Source of the DNA: Candidatus Kuenenia stuttgartensis
Lineage (GTDB): Bacteria; Planctomycetota; Brocadiia; Brocadiales; Brocadiaceae
DNA length: 32,000 nucleotides
Reading direction: 5' to 3'
NCBI RefSeq assembly: GCF_900232105.1
Contig: NZ_LT934425.1
Coordinates: 570,001 to 602,000 of the forward strand
Shown: positions 1-10,198 of the stretch, one piece after another
Layout: each line of letters starts with the position of its first letter
How positions within the stretch are numbered: the first letter of the stretch is position 1
Position numbers and translations under genes: made by a program
Notes under the pieces: generated by a model
What the model saw: the letters and a program-made list of their open reading frames with translations, nothing else
Database searches by the model: none
Told to the model about the DNA's origin: nothing

Positions 1-423
1 CGTACCGTTAAGATAAACATTTTCTCTCCCGGTGAGTTCCGGATGAAATCCTGTTCCAACCTCAAGAAGGCTTGATATTCTGCCTTGAATTTCCGCTCTT
101 CCACCAGTCGGTTCGGTAATCTTAGAAAGTATTTTGAGAAGCGTTGATTTCCCCGCACCATTTAGTCCTATTATGCCAACAATTTCGCCCTGCCTGACTT
201 CAAAAGAAACATTCTTTACCGCCCAAATTATATCAGAACTGTCATTCTCACGGTTCAGGTCATTAAATCTGTAGAGGGAACGATATTTCCGGTAATTTTC
301 CAGAGGGCTTTTTATAAAGCTGAATATGCTCTTTGCAAAACTGTCGTGCATATTCTCTTTTAGCCCGATCCGATAACACTTACTGATATTTTCAACTTTT
401 ATTACTATGTTTTTGTCTTGCAT
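1..423 (-). CDS. ABC transporter ATP-binding protein, polysaccharide export (Wzt/TagH-like), C-terminus truncated by window edge
   Basis: Not in the ORF track; translated from the minus strand starting at ATG 423: [20 protein letters not shown]... with Walker A '[26 protein letters not shown]'. Immediately downstream of the permease gene. Open to coordinate 1. Confidence 0.93.
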   Translation of the reverse strand, partial: MQDKNIVIKVENISKCYRIGLKENMHDSFAKSIFSFIKSPLENYRKYRSLYRFNDLNRENDSSDIIWAVKNVSFEVRQGEIVGIIGLNGAGKSTLLKILSKITEPTGGRAEIQGRISSLLEVGTGFHPELTGRENVYLNGT

Positions 424-452
424 ATTATTCCTCATAAGCTGAAATAGCCAAA

Positions 453-1286
453 TCAAATTACATCTACAATAATTCTCTCCATACGTCTGAAGTAGTATGC
501 ACCGCTCAAAACCAGAAAAATGGCCGTGATTATTCCAGGCCATATGAATGGCCAGGGCAACGGCGTACCAAGCAGGCTCGCCCTGAAACCTTCGATCACG
601 CCTACTATAGGGTTAAAAGAATAAATAATACGATATTTTTCCGGAATGGTGGATGCTGAATAAACAATAGGCGCCGTATAGATCAGTAGTTGCAGCAGAA
701 AAGGTATTGCATGCTTAATATCACGAAACCTTATAGCAAGTGAAGAAAGCCAAAGTCCTATAGCCGCAGGAATTGATGCCATAAGGAGTATAAATAACGG
801 CACAAAAAGAAGATTGAGGGTAGCCGGAACATTATAATAAAACATAACTGCCAGTACAATTACTATGGATATTGCGAAGTCAATAAGTCTTGATAGTATT
901 GGCACAAGGGGGAATATCAGTCTTGGAATATAAACTTTACCCAGCATTTGCTGCCCTGACACCAGACTCTGACTGGATTCCTGCATCGCCTGTGACATAT
1001 ACGTCCAGGGAATAATTGCCACAGTTGAAAAGAGAAAATATGGTATACCCTCTGTTGACACGTTGGCAATTTTCCCAAATATGATGCTAAAAACAATAAT
1101 TTGCATGCCCGGTTTGAGTATGGCCCAGAATAATCCCAGAATTGTCTGAGCATACATAATCTTGATATCTCTCCAGGCAAGAAAATAAAACAGGTCTCTG
1201 TATTCAATAAATTCCTTCAGATTCAATATTTGCCAGCCCTTTTTCGGCTTAATAACAGTCAACTTGGTGTTGCTTGCGTTCAACAT
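453..1286 (-). CDS. ABC transporter permease, polysaccharide/O-antigen export (Wzm/ABC-2 type)
   Basis: Translated ORF 453..1370; the probable start is the internal Met at 1286 ([18 protein letters not shown]...). Contains '[41 protein letters not shown]' and multiple TM segments typical of ABC-2 sugar exporters. Confidence 0.9.
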   Translation of the reverse strand: MLNASNTKLTVIKPKKGWQILNLKEFIEYRDLFYFLAWRDIKIMYAQTILGLFWAILKPGMQIIVFSIIFGKIANVSTEGIPYFLFSTVAIIPWTYMSQAMQESSQSLVSGQQMLGKVYIPRLIFPLVPILSRLIDFAISIVIVLAVMFYYNVPATLNLLFVPLFILLMASIPAAIGLWLSSLAIRFRDIKHAIPFLLQLLIYTAPIVYSASTIPEKYRIIYSFNPIVGVIEGFRASLLGTPLPWPFIWPGIITAIFLVLSGAYYFRRMERIIVDVI

Positions 1287-2095
1287 ATCCCTTGATCTCC
1301 TTGATTCTCTTTTGCTAAGTTTACATATAAAGCCTTCATCAAATCTTCGGGTGTACCAATGTCCAGACAATTACCCTCTTTGAAAAGTACAGAATCAATC
1401 CGTATCTTATTCTCTATAGCGGCCTGAATAACATCTCCTACAAACAATTCTTTTTTATATCCTAAATTATCGCTCTCTTTTCTGCCTGATACATAATTAT
1501 GCATGTAATCTGTAAAAGCCGGTGTCCATACGGCAATCTGCCATGTATAAGTCAGTTGAGTATTTTCCGGTTTTATATGAAGCGCGCGAATCTGGCTATT
1601 AGTATCGAGTTCTACCATATCGTTTTTATGAGGACGATCAGTGGGAAAAAGCCCAAGCACTATGTCAGAACCTGTCTCTGCCTGTTTGTCAAGTACGCGC
1701 ACATATGCATTGTCCGGTTGAAATATTATATCAGGGAATCCTAAAGCAACGAGGGCATCCTGCACAAAGGGATATGCCTGATCCAATGTATAAGGTACTC
1801 CGTAAGGTAAACCCATCATCAAATATGCAAGGTGCATATCCAGCAATTTACCATCACCATAATAAGTGGGGATATCCCACTTCCCTTCACGTAATATAAT
1901 ATACGCCTTCGTGATGTTGGCCATTCGCATCTTCTCTAAAATATAATGACTGACAACTTTTGGACGCCGGGCATTATTATTTTCTACATAACGAAAGCCG
2001 ATAGGATACAATTCCTTGCTGCAGGGCAATGGGGAAATCCTGGAGGCTTTGCCACCAGCAGGTATAAGACCAACAATATCTCTTTTAGTTCTCAT
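1280..2095 (-). CDS. sugar nucleotidyltransferase (RmlA/GlmU-like NTP transferase)
   Basis: N-terminus 'IVGLIPAGGKASRISPLPCSKELYPIG' is a nucleotidyltransferase signature variant; C-terminal 'CLDIGTPEDLMKAL'. Overlaps the permease start slightly, consistent with an operon. Confidence 0.85.
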   Translation of the reverse strand: MRTKRDIVGLIPAGGKASRISPLPCSKELYPIGFRYVENNNARRPKVVSHYILEKMRMANITKAYIILREGKWDIPTYYGDGKLLDMHLAYLMMGLPYGVPYTLDQAYPFVQDALVALGFPDIIFQPDNAYVRVLDKQAETGSDIVLGLFPTDRPHKNDMVELDTNSQIRALHIKPENTQLTYTWQIAVWTPAFTDYMHNYVSGRKESDNLGYKKELFVGDVIQAAIENKIRIDSVLFKEGNCLDIGTPEDLMKALYVNLAKENQGDQGIC

Positions 2096-2243
2096 CTATC
2101 GATTTTTTGATTCCTCTGGCCAGTCGTCCTTCCTGTTGTCACAATGTATCTGTAACCGGCCCTCTTTCATATATCTTTCAATGTTGTTATACTGGAATTT
2201 AATCGTCATGTCATTAATTGCCTTTTGAACGTCTGATCATATT

Positions 2244-3002
2244 TTATTTTTTTCTCCAGCACCCCAAATAGCTATCAAAATATTTTGGATCACTTGTAAT
2301 CTCATCAAAGGAACAATACTTTTTTGTCTGATGACTGGCAAATTTCTCATCAACAGATTCTAAATTATTACAAAAACCTCTGATCAACTCGAGATTGTAA
2401 ACTCTGCATCTGTTGAATAAAATGGTTGGCTCACTTCTGGCAATTAATGTGTTAAAGATCAAAAATCCGCCGGGTTTAAGTACCCTTTTCATCTCATTAA
2501 ATGCTTTGACATCGGCGTCTAAATCAAATTCGTCCCCATATCTTCCCAAACCAAAATGAGTAAATGCGCCCAAAGATATAACCGCATCAAATGATTTATC
2601 CGGTAAATCGAGTGATCGTGCATCACATGTTATAATTGTCTCATTTTTCAACATCGACTCTCTTTTACGGAAATCGATAGTCGTTACGTCGGAATGAGCC
2701 AACATTCCTATAATGAATAATCTCCATGAACCAATATCCAACACCTTTGACGGTTTTGTTTTGTATAAGTGATAGGCAGCAAAATCACAATGAACATTGC
2801 TGATAAACGTCGGATGTTCTCCGCCCTGATAACGGAAATCCTTTAAAACGCGAAAACCCCTGTTATTTCTCTTCACTTGTTCAAAGTCGCGATCACATTT
2901 TTCCATGGCTTCCCTTATTTCATTTCTTAACTTAAGAGGTTCTTTCTTATACTTGCTCAATCGGAGACCAAATAAGGATAAAACGTTGTTAACGGGATTC
3001 AT
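2244..3002 (-). CDS. class I SAM-dependent methyltransferase
   Basis: 'KPSKVLDIGSWRLFIIGMLAH...VTTIDFR', 'DLPDKSFDAVISLGAFTHFGLGRYGD...EMKRVLKPGGFLIFNT': methyltransferase motifs I, IV and post-motif. Confidence 0.8.
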   Translation of the reverse strand: MNPVNNVLSLFGLRLSKYKKEPLKLRNEIREAMEKCDRDFEQVKRNNRGFRVLKDFRYQGGEHPTFISNVHCDFAAYHLYKTKPSKVLDIGSWRLFIIGMLAHSDVTTIDFRKRESMLKNETIITCDARSLDLPDKSFDAVISLGAFTHFGLGRYGDEFDLDADVKAFNEMKRVLKPGGFLIFNTLIARSEPTILFNRCRVYNLELIRGFCNNLESVDEKFASHQTKKYCSFDEITSDPKYFDSYLGCWRKK

Positions 3003-3242
3003 TGTATTACCTCCTTTTTCAATAATAGTTTGTAAAGTTTCTGAAAATATCCAATCTATCTACGGCTTATATTTTTACATTCTGGCAGGTGCCGGCATTC
3101 CCAATCATGCCGTAGCAGGTAAACCAGTCTGCTCCGTCTAAAACTTCTACTGCCTTCAAATTCCGCCTGGCAACTGTTATAACATCACAGACCGGACCGA
3201 CAAAGAGAGCCACGAAAACATTACTACAAATGTTAAACATGT

Positions 3243-4565
3243 CTATCGTGTTTCTTCACTCGCTACAATCAATCGGTTTTTTATAAGTGCATTGGCAGCA
3301 TCACTGACTAAGCAGAACTCCATGCCTGATTTTTCGGCTATGTCCAATAAGGTATGAGTACCATCTGAATAGTTCAGCACCCATAGAATTGCCATCTGAT
3401 CTATTATTTTATCGCTTTGCCCCCCTACTGAATCATAAAGCCCCCTTTTACCCAGTTGTGGTTCACACTTTGGATTAGTATTAAGATATGTCCTGTTATT
3501 CTCCAGGACATTTATAACTGAAAGATATTTCTTAAAAGAATCATAAAGATATTCAGGGCGAACAAAATCACAATTATCAGCAGAAGTGTGATATTCAGGA
3601 TACCTGCCATACGGTGTCCTTTGAAGGGACCCTACGGGTAAATTAAATCCGGGTGAACAAAACTGCCTCTCATCATAACCATACGGTGAAAAATTCATTA
3701 TATGATACTCATCACCAGAATGTTTCAGTACATGTTCAACTGCCCTGTCGATCTCGGCATTGCCGATTCGTGATCTTTTGTAAGTAGTTTTTCCGGGATC
3801 TCCTACGCATGAGACTACAAGTCCATGCTTAATTTTTGTTACACACCCTTCATTCATGGCCAGCCATGTGATAGCCCCGATTGTTGCCGGAATGATAATA
3901 ATTCTGATCGAATAATAATTGTTTATCGAACGAAGGTATTTCCCCAGCAGTGCGACTAATACCATCCCCGAAACGTTGTCATTGCAGAGAGAAGGATGAC
4001 ATGCATGGCATGATAATAAGATTTCCTTTGAAGTCTGTCCCTTCAGGTAACATTCGCCGTATGTTAAATGCCCCTCTTTCAGTTCAGAGTCGATATGTAC
4101 TTCATAATCGTCTTCTTCAAGCTGCATCATTTCATTGTAACTCATACAGAAGCCCCAATGTTCCTTGTAGTAAGACGTGCGATAGGGAATCCAGTCGGGA
4201 TGTTCGGGTAAGGTAATCAAATGCTGTTTTAATTCTGAAAGGGACACTGTTTTGTGTATAGGAACACTATAACCCACAACATGAAGATTTGACTTTTGAA
4301 AATCGATAACGCGTTTTCCTTTTGAATTTTTAACATATGCGTCCTTTATGTTCCATTCCTTAGGCACTTTCCAATCATAGACATCAGTCCCTGTTGGCAC
4401 CTCTACAACAGACAGAGATACGTAATCGTCAATAATGTTTAATGATTCCCTAAATCCTTTACCCGTAATACTCCGGCATATAGGATATAACCTCGCCATT
4501 AACCCGACCATTTCATTTTTTAGGTAATCTGAACTTAATGATTTCTCAAGGTCTGCAATATTCAT
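3243..4565 (-). CDS. DUF4910/DUF2172-type aminopeptidase-like protein with C-terminal winged-helix region, polysaccharide-locus associated
   Basis: 'LYPICRSITGKGFRESL', 'VPTGTDVYDWKVPKEWNIKDAYV', 'HACHPSLCNDNVSGMV', 'GYDERQFCSPGFNLPVGSLQRTPYGRYPEYHTSADN' are characteristic M28-like/DUF4910 segments. Confidence 0.85.
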   Translation of the reverse strand: MNIADLEKSLSSDYLKNEMVGLMARLYPICRSITGKGFRESLNIIDDYVSLSVVEVPTGTDVYDWKVPKEWNIKDAYVKNSKGKRVIDFQKSNLHVVGYSVPIHKTVSLSELKQHLITLPEHPDWIPYRTSYYKEHWGFCMSYNEMMQLEEDDYEVHIDSELKEGHLTYGECYLKGQTSKEILLSCHACHPSLCNDNVSGMVLVALLGKYLRSINNYYSIRIIIIPATIGAITWLAMNEGCVTKIKHGLVVSCVGDPGKTTYKRSRIGNAEIDRAVEHVLKHSGDEYHIMNFSPYGYDERQFCSPGFNLPVGSLQRTPYGRYPEYHTSADNCDFVRPEYLYDSFKKYLSVINVLENNRTYLNTNPKCEPQLGKRGLYDSVGGQSDKIIDQMAILWVLNYSDGTHTLLDIAEKSGMEFCLVSDAANALIKNRLIVASEETR

Positions 4566-4667
4566 ATTATCTGTCCCGATATGTACACAAGGCAGTCTCT
4601 GCTCACGTCATTCGCGATTCTCATTACCCTGCCCTGGATGATTGTATAGAAGATTAATGTCATAATT

Positions 4668-5906
4668 CTATTCATAGACCTTTACTTCGGGAATAAATAC
4701 GACAAATTTACCACCCCACTCCCGTATATATGACATCTGGGACATTATTTCATCCTTAATGTTCCATGGTAGAATTACTAAATAATCAGGTTTGGTTTTC
4801 TTTACTTCTTCCGGTAAAGTAATTGGAATATGAACACCCGGTAAATAATGTCCCTGCTTGTGAGGACTCCGGTCAACGGCATAGTCAATAAAGTCCGTCC
4901 TGATACCGCAATAATTTAAGAGAGTGTTTCCTTTGGCGGGTGCGCCATAAGCGGCGATTGACTTGCCGGCCCTTTTTTCTCTGACCAGAAAATCGAGTAT
5001 CTTTCTCTTTGTTTCTTTTACACTCTCACTGAACGTAACATAATGTTCTAACGTATTAAGCCCTTCTTTAATTTCTTTACTGATAAGCGCATTGACTTTA
5101 TTTGAAATATTCCTGGACTTATCTTCTTTGTGGCAAGCATAAATTCTCAGTGAGCCTCCATGTGTTTTTACCTCATCAACGTCAAAAACTGTCAGTGCGT
5201 GAAACTCAAACACGTCTCTTACTGTCTTGAATGAAAAATATGAAAAATGTTCATGATAAATTGTATCAAACAGGTTTTTCTCAATTAAGCGCATTATATG
5301 AGGAAATTCCATGGTAATAATTCCCTCCGGCTTTAGTGCAACTTTTAATCCTTTAACAAAGTCATTAAGGTCTGGAACATGCGCCAATACATTATTGCCA
5401 ATCAGCAGGTCTCCCTGAATCCCTTCTGCAGAGAGTTCTGACGCTGTCCTGGCACCAAAGAACTTAGATATAGTTTTTATTCCATTTTCGATTGCAGCCC
5501 TTGCCACATTTTCTGCAGGTTCAATACCTAAAACAGGAACTCCCTTTTCTTTAAAATACCGGAGAAGATATCCATCATTGCTGGCGATCTCTATAACCTG
5601 ACTCCGGGAGCTAAAGCCGAATCTTTCTATCATCATTTGGACATATTCTTTTGCGTGTTGTAGCATTGAATCAGAAAAAGAGGAAAAATAAGCATAATCA
5701 CTAAAGATACTCTCCGGTGATTCAAATTCAATAAGCTGTACCAGAAAGCATTTATTGCAAATATACGTATGAAGTGGATAAAAAGGCTCCATCTTATTAA
5801 GTTGAACATCTTTTATGTATGAGTTAGCCAGAGGCGACATACCTAAATCAACAAACGTGTACTTTAAAGAGGCATCACAAAAACGACATCTGTTAGCAAT
5901 ATTCAT
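4668..5906 (-). CDS. sugar C-methyltransferase-like protein (N-terminal zinc-binding, SAM-binding, C-terminal methyltransferase domain)
   Basis: 'CRFCDASLKYTFVDLGMSPLANSYI' N-terminal Cys motif; 'VIEIASNDGYLLRYFKEKGVPVLGIEPAENVA'; 'YDTIYHEHFSYFSF'; 'IAAYGAPAKGNTLLNYCGI': NDP-hexose C-methyltransferase family layout. Confidence 0.88.
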   Translation of the reverse strand: MNIANRCRFCDASLKYTFVDLGMSPLANSYIKDVQLNKMEPFYPLHTYICNKCFLVQLIEFESPESIFSDYAYFSSFSDSMLQHAKEYVQMMIERFGFSSRSQVIEIASNDGYLLRYFKEKGVPVLGIEPAENVARAAIENGIKTISKFFGARTASELSAEGIQGDLLIGNNVLAHVPDLNDFVKGLKVALKPEGIITMEFPHIMRLIEKNLFDTIYHEHFSYFSFKTVRDVFEFHALTVFDVDEVKTHGGSLRIYACHKEDKSRNISNKVNALISKEIKEGLNTLEHYVTFSESVKETKRKILDFLVREKRAGKSIAAYGAPAKGNTLLNYCGIRTDFIDYAVDRSPHKQGHYLPGVHIPITLPEEVKKTKPDYLVILPWNIKDEIMSQMSYIREWGGKFVVFIPEVKVYE

Positions 5907-5955
5907 TTAATCAACTCCGCATTAAAATTTTCAACATTATTGTACTAATGCCTTA

Positions 5956-6876
5956 CTATACAGGGCATTTAACAGGAACAAATGTCAACCCTACAAAAGG
6001 ATGAGAAGATAAACCTCTGACAATTTGAAAATATTGGTTTTGAAGTCTAACAAGGATATCTGATTTTTTATTAAGCGGCAGCCCCTCTATTGATTTAACC
6101 AAAGTTATTTCAGCAAGTGTCCCGCAGAGAGCAATCTCATCTGCAACAAGAAGTTCAGTACGGTCAATCGGACGGCGAACAAACTTAATGCCCTCAGAGT
6201 GTGCTATAGCTTCAACAATATCTATTGTTATACTTTCCAGCGCTCCTTCCGTGGCATGCGGAGTATAAATAACTCCTTCACGAACAATGAGAACACAGGA
6301 AGTTGTTGCTTCAGCGACGCGTCCCCACTGATTAAGAAGCACCATATCCTGACAACCCAGCGCCTTACCCTCAATCCTTGCGAGACGAGCAACCTGGTAA
6401 TTTGTACTTGTCTTAATTCTTGCCGGAAGTGAGACATCAGAACTTCTTTGCCACGTGCTCACACCAAGATTAATCGGTTCGGGGATACGCTTATCCATGT
6501 GATAAGCAGTTACAGCCAGGTCAGCAACAGTGTTTTCCCCCCAATACCCTTCGGTAACAAAGAGGGTAGTACGTGCCCACATATCACGGTCAGGACCCAG
6601 CAGCTCTCCGAGCAACTCATAAATCGCGCTACAGTACTCTTCATATGTGTGGTTAAATGGAATATGCAATAATCTGGCAGACCGGCATAGCCGTTCATAA
6701 TGGTGACTAAGCCGTACAACTCCAAAACGTCCATCATTCTGCCAATATCCCTTAATCCCTTCAAATACATTGAGACCACGATTCACAGCCTCACATCCGA
6801 TGTGAAGCGAGGCTTCATCCCATAACCGAAGCTTTCCGCCCATATAAACAAACTTCGGTTGTTGCAGTTTTACCAT
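5956..6876 (-). CDS. aminotransferase class IV (branched-chain aminotransferase-like)
   Basis: ORF 5956..6918; Shine-Dalgarno AGGAGG places the start at Met 6876 (MVKLQQPKFVYMGGKL). 'NRGLNVFEGIKGYW', 'ARIKTSTNYQVARLARIEGKALGCQDMVLLNQWGRVAEATTSCV', 'ITIDIVEAIA'. Confidence 0.82.
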   Translation of the reverse strand: MVKLQQPKFVYMGGKLRLWDEASLHIGCEAVNRGLNVFEGIKGYWQNDGRFGVVRLSHHYERLCRSARLLHIPFNHTYEEYCSAIYELLGELLGPDRDMWARTTLFVTEGYWGENTVADLAVTAYHMDKRIPEPINLGVSTWQRSSDVSLPARIKTSTNYQVARLARIEGKALGCQDMVLLNQWGRVAEATTSCVLIVREGVIYTPHATEGALESITIDIVEAIAHSEGIKFVRRPIDRTELLVADEIALCGTLAEITLVKSIEGLPLNKKSDILVRLQNQYFQIVRGLSSHPFVGLTFVPVKCPV

Positions 6877-6935
6877 TTTTGCCTCCTGATGATTATGTTT
6901 TAAATATGTTGAATACAATCATTATAATTCCCGGC

Positions 6936-8273
6936 TTAGAGGCCTATTCCCTCATATCTTTTAATGAGATGCTTTTTCAACATCCTGCGGCCGTCTATAA
7001 TCAGAGGCTGCTTTTCGCACTTTCCGATAATCTGATGGAGATTCTCGAACTCATCCCAACGGGTAAGCACCAGGATCGCTTCAGCTCCATGAATTGTTTG
7101 ATTAAGATCATCACAAAAAACAATATTCTTATCTTTAAAGAGTTTCATCGCTTCTTTCTTCGCAACAGAATCATAAGCCCTAATATTCGTATTCCTGGCT
7201 ATAAGTTCTGTAACAATGGGGATTGCCGGAGACTCTCTCATATCGTCAGTTCCCGGTTTAAAAGACATCCCCAGTACTGCAATCCTAACTCCTTCCAAAG
7301 ATGGAAAGTGCTTTTCAAGCATATGAATAATCTGCCGGGGTTGCTGCTCATTGATCTTCATCACCGCTTCCAGAAGCCACATTGGCTTGCCCAGTTTTTT
7401 CCCATAGGCATTTAACGCATTTACATCTTTCGGGAAACAACTCCCGCCGAAACCACAGCCGGCCTGAAGATATGTAGTAAACGCCGGAGTAATACGTTTC
7501 CCATTGTCCATGATAGGACTCAGTCGTTTATCCAGATGCAACCCACGCATGACATCAACAACATCAGTTCCACCAATTGCCGCACACAGATTCCCAATTT
7601 CATTTGAGAAGGAAATCATGGTAGCCAGCAGGGAATTAGAGGTGTACTTAATCATTTCTGCCGTTTTGTTATTTGTCCTCAGCATGTCAATATTATCGAA
7701 TACGCTATACATTTTTTCTAGTACACCAATACTTTTATCATCCATTCCGCCCATAACTATTCGGTCCGGGAACATAAAATCCTCGATCGCCTCTCCCTCT
7801 CTGAGAAACTCCGGGTTCATTCCAACACCAAAGTCTTTGCCGGCTTTCTTTCCAGAGGCATGTTCAAGGATGGGAAGAACAACGTCATCAGTTGTTCCAG
7901 GGACAACTGTACTCTTGACAACAACTACGTGATACGAGGATTTATCCCTCATGGCCATCCCAATCTGACGAGAAGCCTCTTTCACGTAATGCAAATCAAT
8001 TTCTGTCCCGTCAAATGGAGTCCCAACCGCTATGAGTGATAAATCTGTTTCCAGGACAGATTGATAAAGGTCTGTTGTTGCCCTGAAATTTGCATTGATG
8101 TTTTTCTTTAGTAATGCTTCCAGGTTTTTCTCGTATATGGGAGGAATCGCCTTATTAATCTTTTCTACCTTCATTTGATCCACGTCAACGCAAATAACCT
8201 GATGCCCTTTTTCGGCCAGGCATATGCCGGAAACCAATCCAACATATCCGGTACCAATGATAGAAATTTTCAT
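6936..8273 (-). CDS. ugd: UDP-glucose 6-dehydrogenase
   Basis: 'MKISIIGTGYVGLVSGICLAEKGHQVICVDVD', 'AGCGFGGSCFPKDVNAL', 'GMSFKPGTDDMRESPAIPIV'. Single-base overlap with the upstream gene. Confidence 0.95.
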   Translation of the reverse strand: MKISIIGTGYVGLVSGICLAEKGHQVICVDVDQMKVEKINKAIPPIYEKNLEALLKKNINANFRATTDLYQSVLETDLSLIAVGTPFDGTEIDLHYVKEASRQIGMAMRDKSSYHVVVVKSTVVPGTTDDVVLPILEHASGKKAGKDFGVGMNPEFLREGEAIEDFMFPDRIVMGGMDDKSIGVLEKMYSVFDNIDMLRTNNKTAEMIKYTSNSLLATMISFSNEIGNLCAAIGGTDVVDVMRGLHLDKRLSPIMDNGKRITPAFTTYLQAGCGFGGSCFPKDVNALNAYGKKLGKPMWLLEAVMKINEQQPRQIIHMLEKHFPSLEGVRIAVLGMSFKPGTDDMRESPAIPIVTELIARNTNIRAYDSVAKKEAMKLFKDKNIVFCDDLNQTIHGAEAILVLTRWDEFENLHQIIGKCEKQPLIIDGRRMLKKHLIKRYEGIGL

Positions 8274-9421
8274 TATGCTTCCTCCGCTTCGCGATTATCG
8301 TTATACCAGATCAATGTCCTTTTCAAACCTTCATCTAAAGATACGCCCGGAGCGTATCCTAATTCCTTTCTGGCTTTTGTTATTACAGGACAGCGTCGGT
8401 TGGGGTTATGAGTCAGGTAGTCTTTATCGGTGCTTACTTTATAAACAACTTTGCCTTTATAATTAAAAAGTGCTTTAGAAAGAGACACCACTTTTTCTGC
8501 AAGCTCTGCTACGGAAATCTCCGGTTCTTCTTTTCCTATGTTATATGATTCCCCGTTCTTTCCATTAGTAAGAACCTTATAGTAACCGGTTATCGAATCT
8601 GCAATATAACAAAAGGTTCTGGTTGCTGACCCATCAGAAAGAAGTACAATATCTCTCCCTGTAAATACATCTCTCGCAAAATCAGGAAGCGCTCTTTTAT
8701 CGGTAATCTTCAACCCGGGACCATAATTGTTAAACGGTCTGGCAATTTTTATGGGGAGATTGTACTTTATGGCATAATTGACACAGAGTGTTTCTCCGTA
8801 TCGTTTTGATTCATCATAACATGCCCGGGGGCCAGTGCATGATACATGGCCAAAATATGTTTCAGGTGTAGGGATATTTTCAGGTGTCGGATCCCCGTAT
8901 ATTTCACTGCTAGAAAAAAATAAAAAACCCTCTACCGGTTTATTCTTTTCTTTTTGCCTGAGACAGTAATCCAGTAAATTACGCAATCCATTTACATTAG
9001 CATCCATAGTTTCTATTGGATACATTCTGTAAAAAGAAGGTGATGCAATAGACGCAGCGTGAATAACAAAATGAAAATCATCCATATCAACCGGGAGTGG
9101 ATGTGTAATATCATGCCTGATTAATTTTATATTCTCATTGTTTTTCTCTATAGTCGTAAGCCAGTGAGGTACACCACGGATAAAATTATCGTATACTGTT
9201 ACATTAATCTGCCTGGTTTTATCCACCTTTGTATTCCAATGTAAAAGAGCCTGTACCAGGTAATAACCAAGAAAGCCGGCTCCTCCGGTTATTAAGACTT
9301 TTTTCCCTGATAAATGTGCAAATTCTTTATTTAAGTTGTAACAGATTAATTCCAGATCCTTATTAATAATGTCCAGAGAATTTTCCATAATAGTTTTATT
9401 ATCAGTTCCTGATATATTCAT
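8273..9421 (-). CDS. NAD-dependent epimerase/dehydratase (UDP-glucuronate decarboxylase-like SDR)
   Basis: 'KKVLITGGAGFLGYYLVQALL', 'VIHAASIASPSFYRMYPIETMDANVNGLRNLLDYC', 'YDESKRYGETLCVNYA', 'RPFNNYGPG', adjacent to ugd. The exact start is uncertain (the alternative 'MENSLDII' is internal). Confidence 0.88.
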   Translation of the reverse strand: MNISGTDNKTIMENSLDIINKDLELICYNLNKEFAHLSGKKVLITGGAGFLGYYLVQALLHWNTKVDKTRQINVTVYDNFIRGVPHWLTTIEKNNENIKLIRHDITHPLPVDMDDFHFVIHAASIASPSFYRMYPIETMDANVNGLRNLLDYCLRQKEKNKPVEGFLFFSSSEIYGDPTPENIPTPETYFGHVSCTGPRACYDESKRYGETLCVNYAIKYNLPIKIARPFNNYGPGLKITDKRALPDFARDVFTGRDIVLLSDGSATRTFCYIADSITGYYKVLTNGKNGESYNIGKEEPEISVAELAEKVVSLSKALFNYKGKVVYKVSTDKDYLTHNPNRRCPVITKARKELGYAPGVSLDEGLKRTLIWYNDNREAEEA

Positions 9422-9424
9422 CCA

Positions 9425-10198
9425 TTACCATACCTTCCAGGGCGCTTTACCCGATTTCCATAATTCCTCAAGCTCATACTTATCACGCAGATTATCCATC
9501 GCATGCCAAAAACCACTGTACCTGTATGCCGAAATAGCACCGTCACGGGCAAGATTCTGCATGGGATCCTGTTCCCAAACCGTTGAGTCGCCGGATATAT
9601 AATCAATAACACCAGGCTCCATTACAAAGAAACCCGCGTTTATCCATGCGCCGTCACCGTCCGGCTTTTCTTTAAAACTCGAAATCCTGGATTCTTCTTC
9701 ATTTATTTTTATGACCCCAAATCTGCCGGGCGGCTGCACAGCGGTAAGAGTTGATAGTGAATTCTGCTTCCTGTGAAATTCTATCAGCTCTCTGATATTG
9801 ATGTCCGAAACTCCATCACCATAGGTCAGACAGAATGTTTCTTTGCCCACATAGTCTTTGATCCTTTTTATCCTGCCTCCGGTCATTGTTTTTTCGCCTG
9901 TATCAACCAGCGTGACCTTCCACGGTTCCACGCCATTATTATGAACCTCTATCCTGTTATTTTTCAGGTCATATGTAACGTCAGACATATATAAAAAATA
10001 ATTTGAAAAATATTCCTTGATAACATGTCCCTTGTAACCAAGACAGATAATGAAATCATTCAATCCATAGGCAGAATAGATTTTCATAATATGCCAGAGA
10101 ATAGGCTTCCCGCCGATCTCCACCATTGGCTTAGGACGTATTGTACTCTCTTCTGATATGCGCGTGCCATAGCCTCCGGCAAGTATCACAGTTTTCAC
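9425..10198 (-). CDS. rfbF: glucose-1-phosphate cytidylyltransferase-like nucleotidyltransferase
   Basis: '[57 protein letters not shown]', '[13 protein letters not shown]', '[23 protein letters not shown]'. Likely GTG start at 10198 behind a GGGAG Shine-Dalgarno; the ORF track starts at 10207. Confidence 0.93.
   Translation of the reverse strand: MKTVILAGGYGTRISEESTIRPKPMVEIGGKPILWHIMKIYSAYGLNDFIICLGYKGHVIKEYFSNYFLYMSDVTYDLKNNRIEVHNNGVEPWKVTLVDTGEKTMTGGRIKRIKDYVGKETFCLTYGDGVSDINIRELIEFHRKQNSLSTLTAVQPPGRFGVIKINEEESRISSFKEKPDGDGAWINAGFFVMEPGVIDYISGDSTVWEQDPMQNLARDGAISAYRYSGFWHAMDNLRDKYELEELWKSGKAPWKVW

Noticed and set aside
2096-2243. Possible short leader peptide MTIKFQYNNIERYMKGGPVTDTL upstream of the nucleotidyltransferase
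   Set aside because: Only 23 codons, no clear ribosome-binding site or attenuator structure. Indistinguishable from chance.
7504-7932. 142-aa plus-strand ORF, as well as 6879..7415, 26311..26652 and 29196..29789
   Set aside because: All antisense to well-supported conserved enzymes, with no independent evidence.
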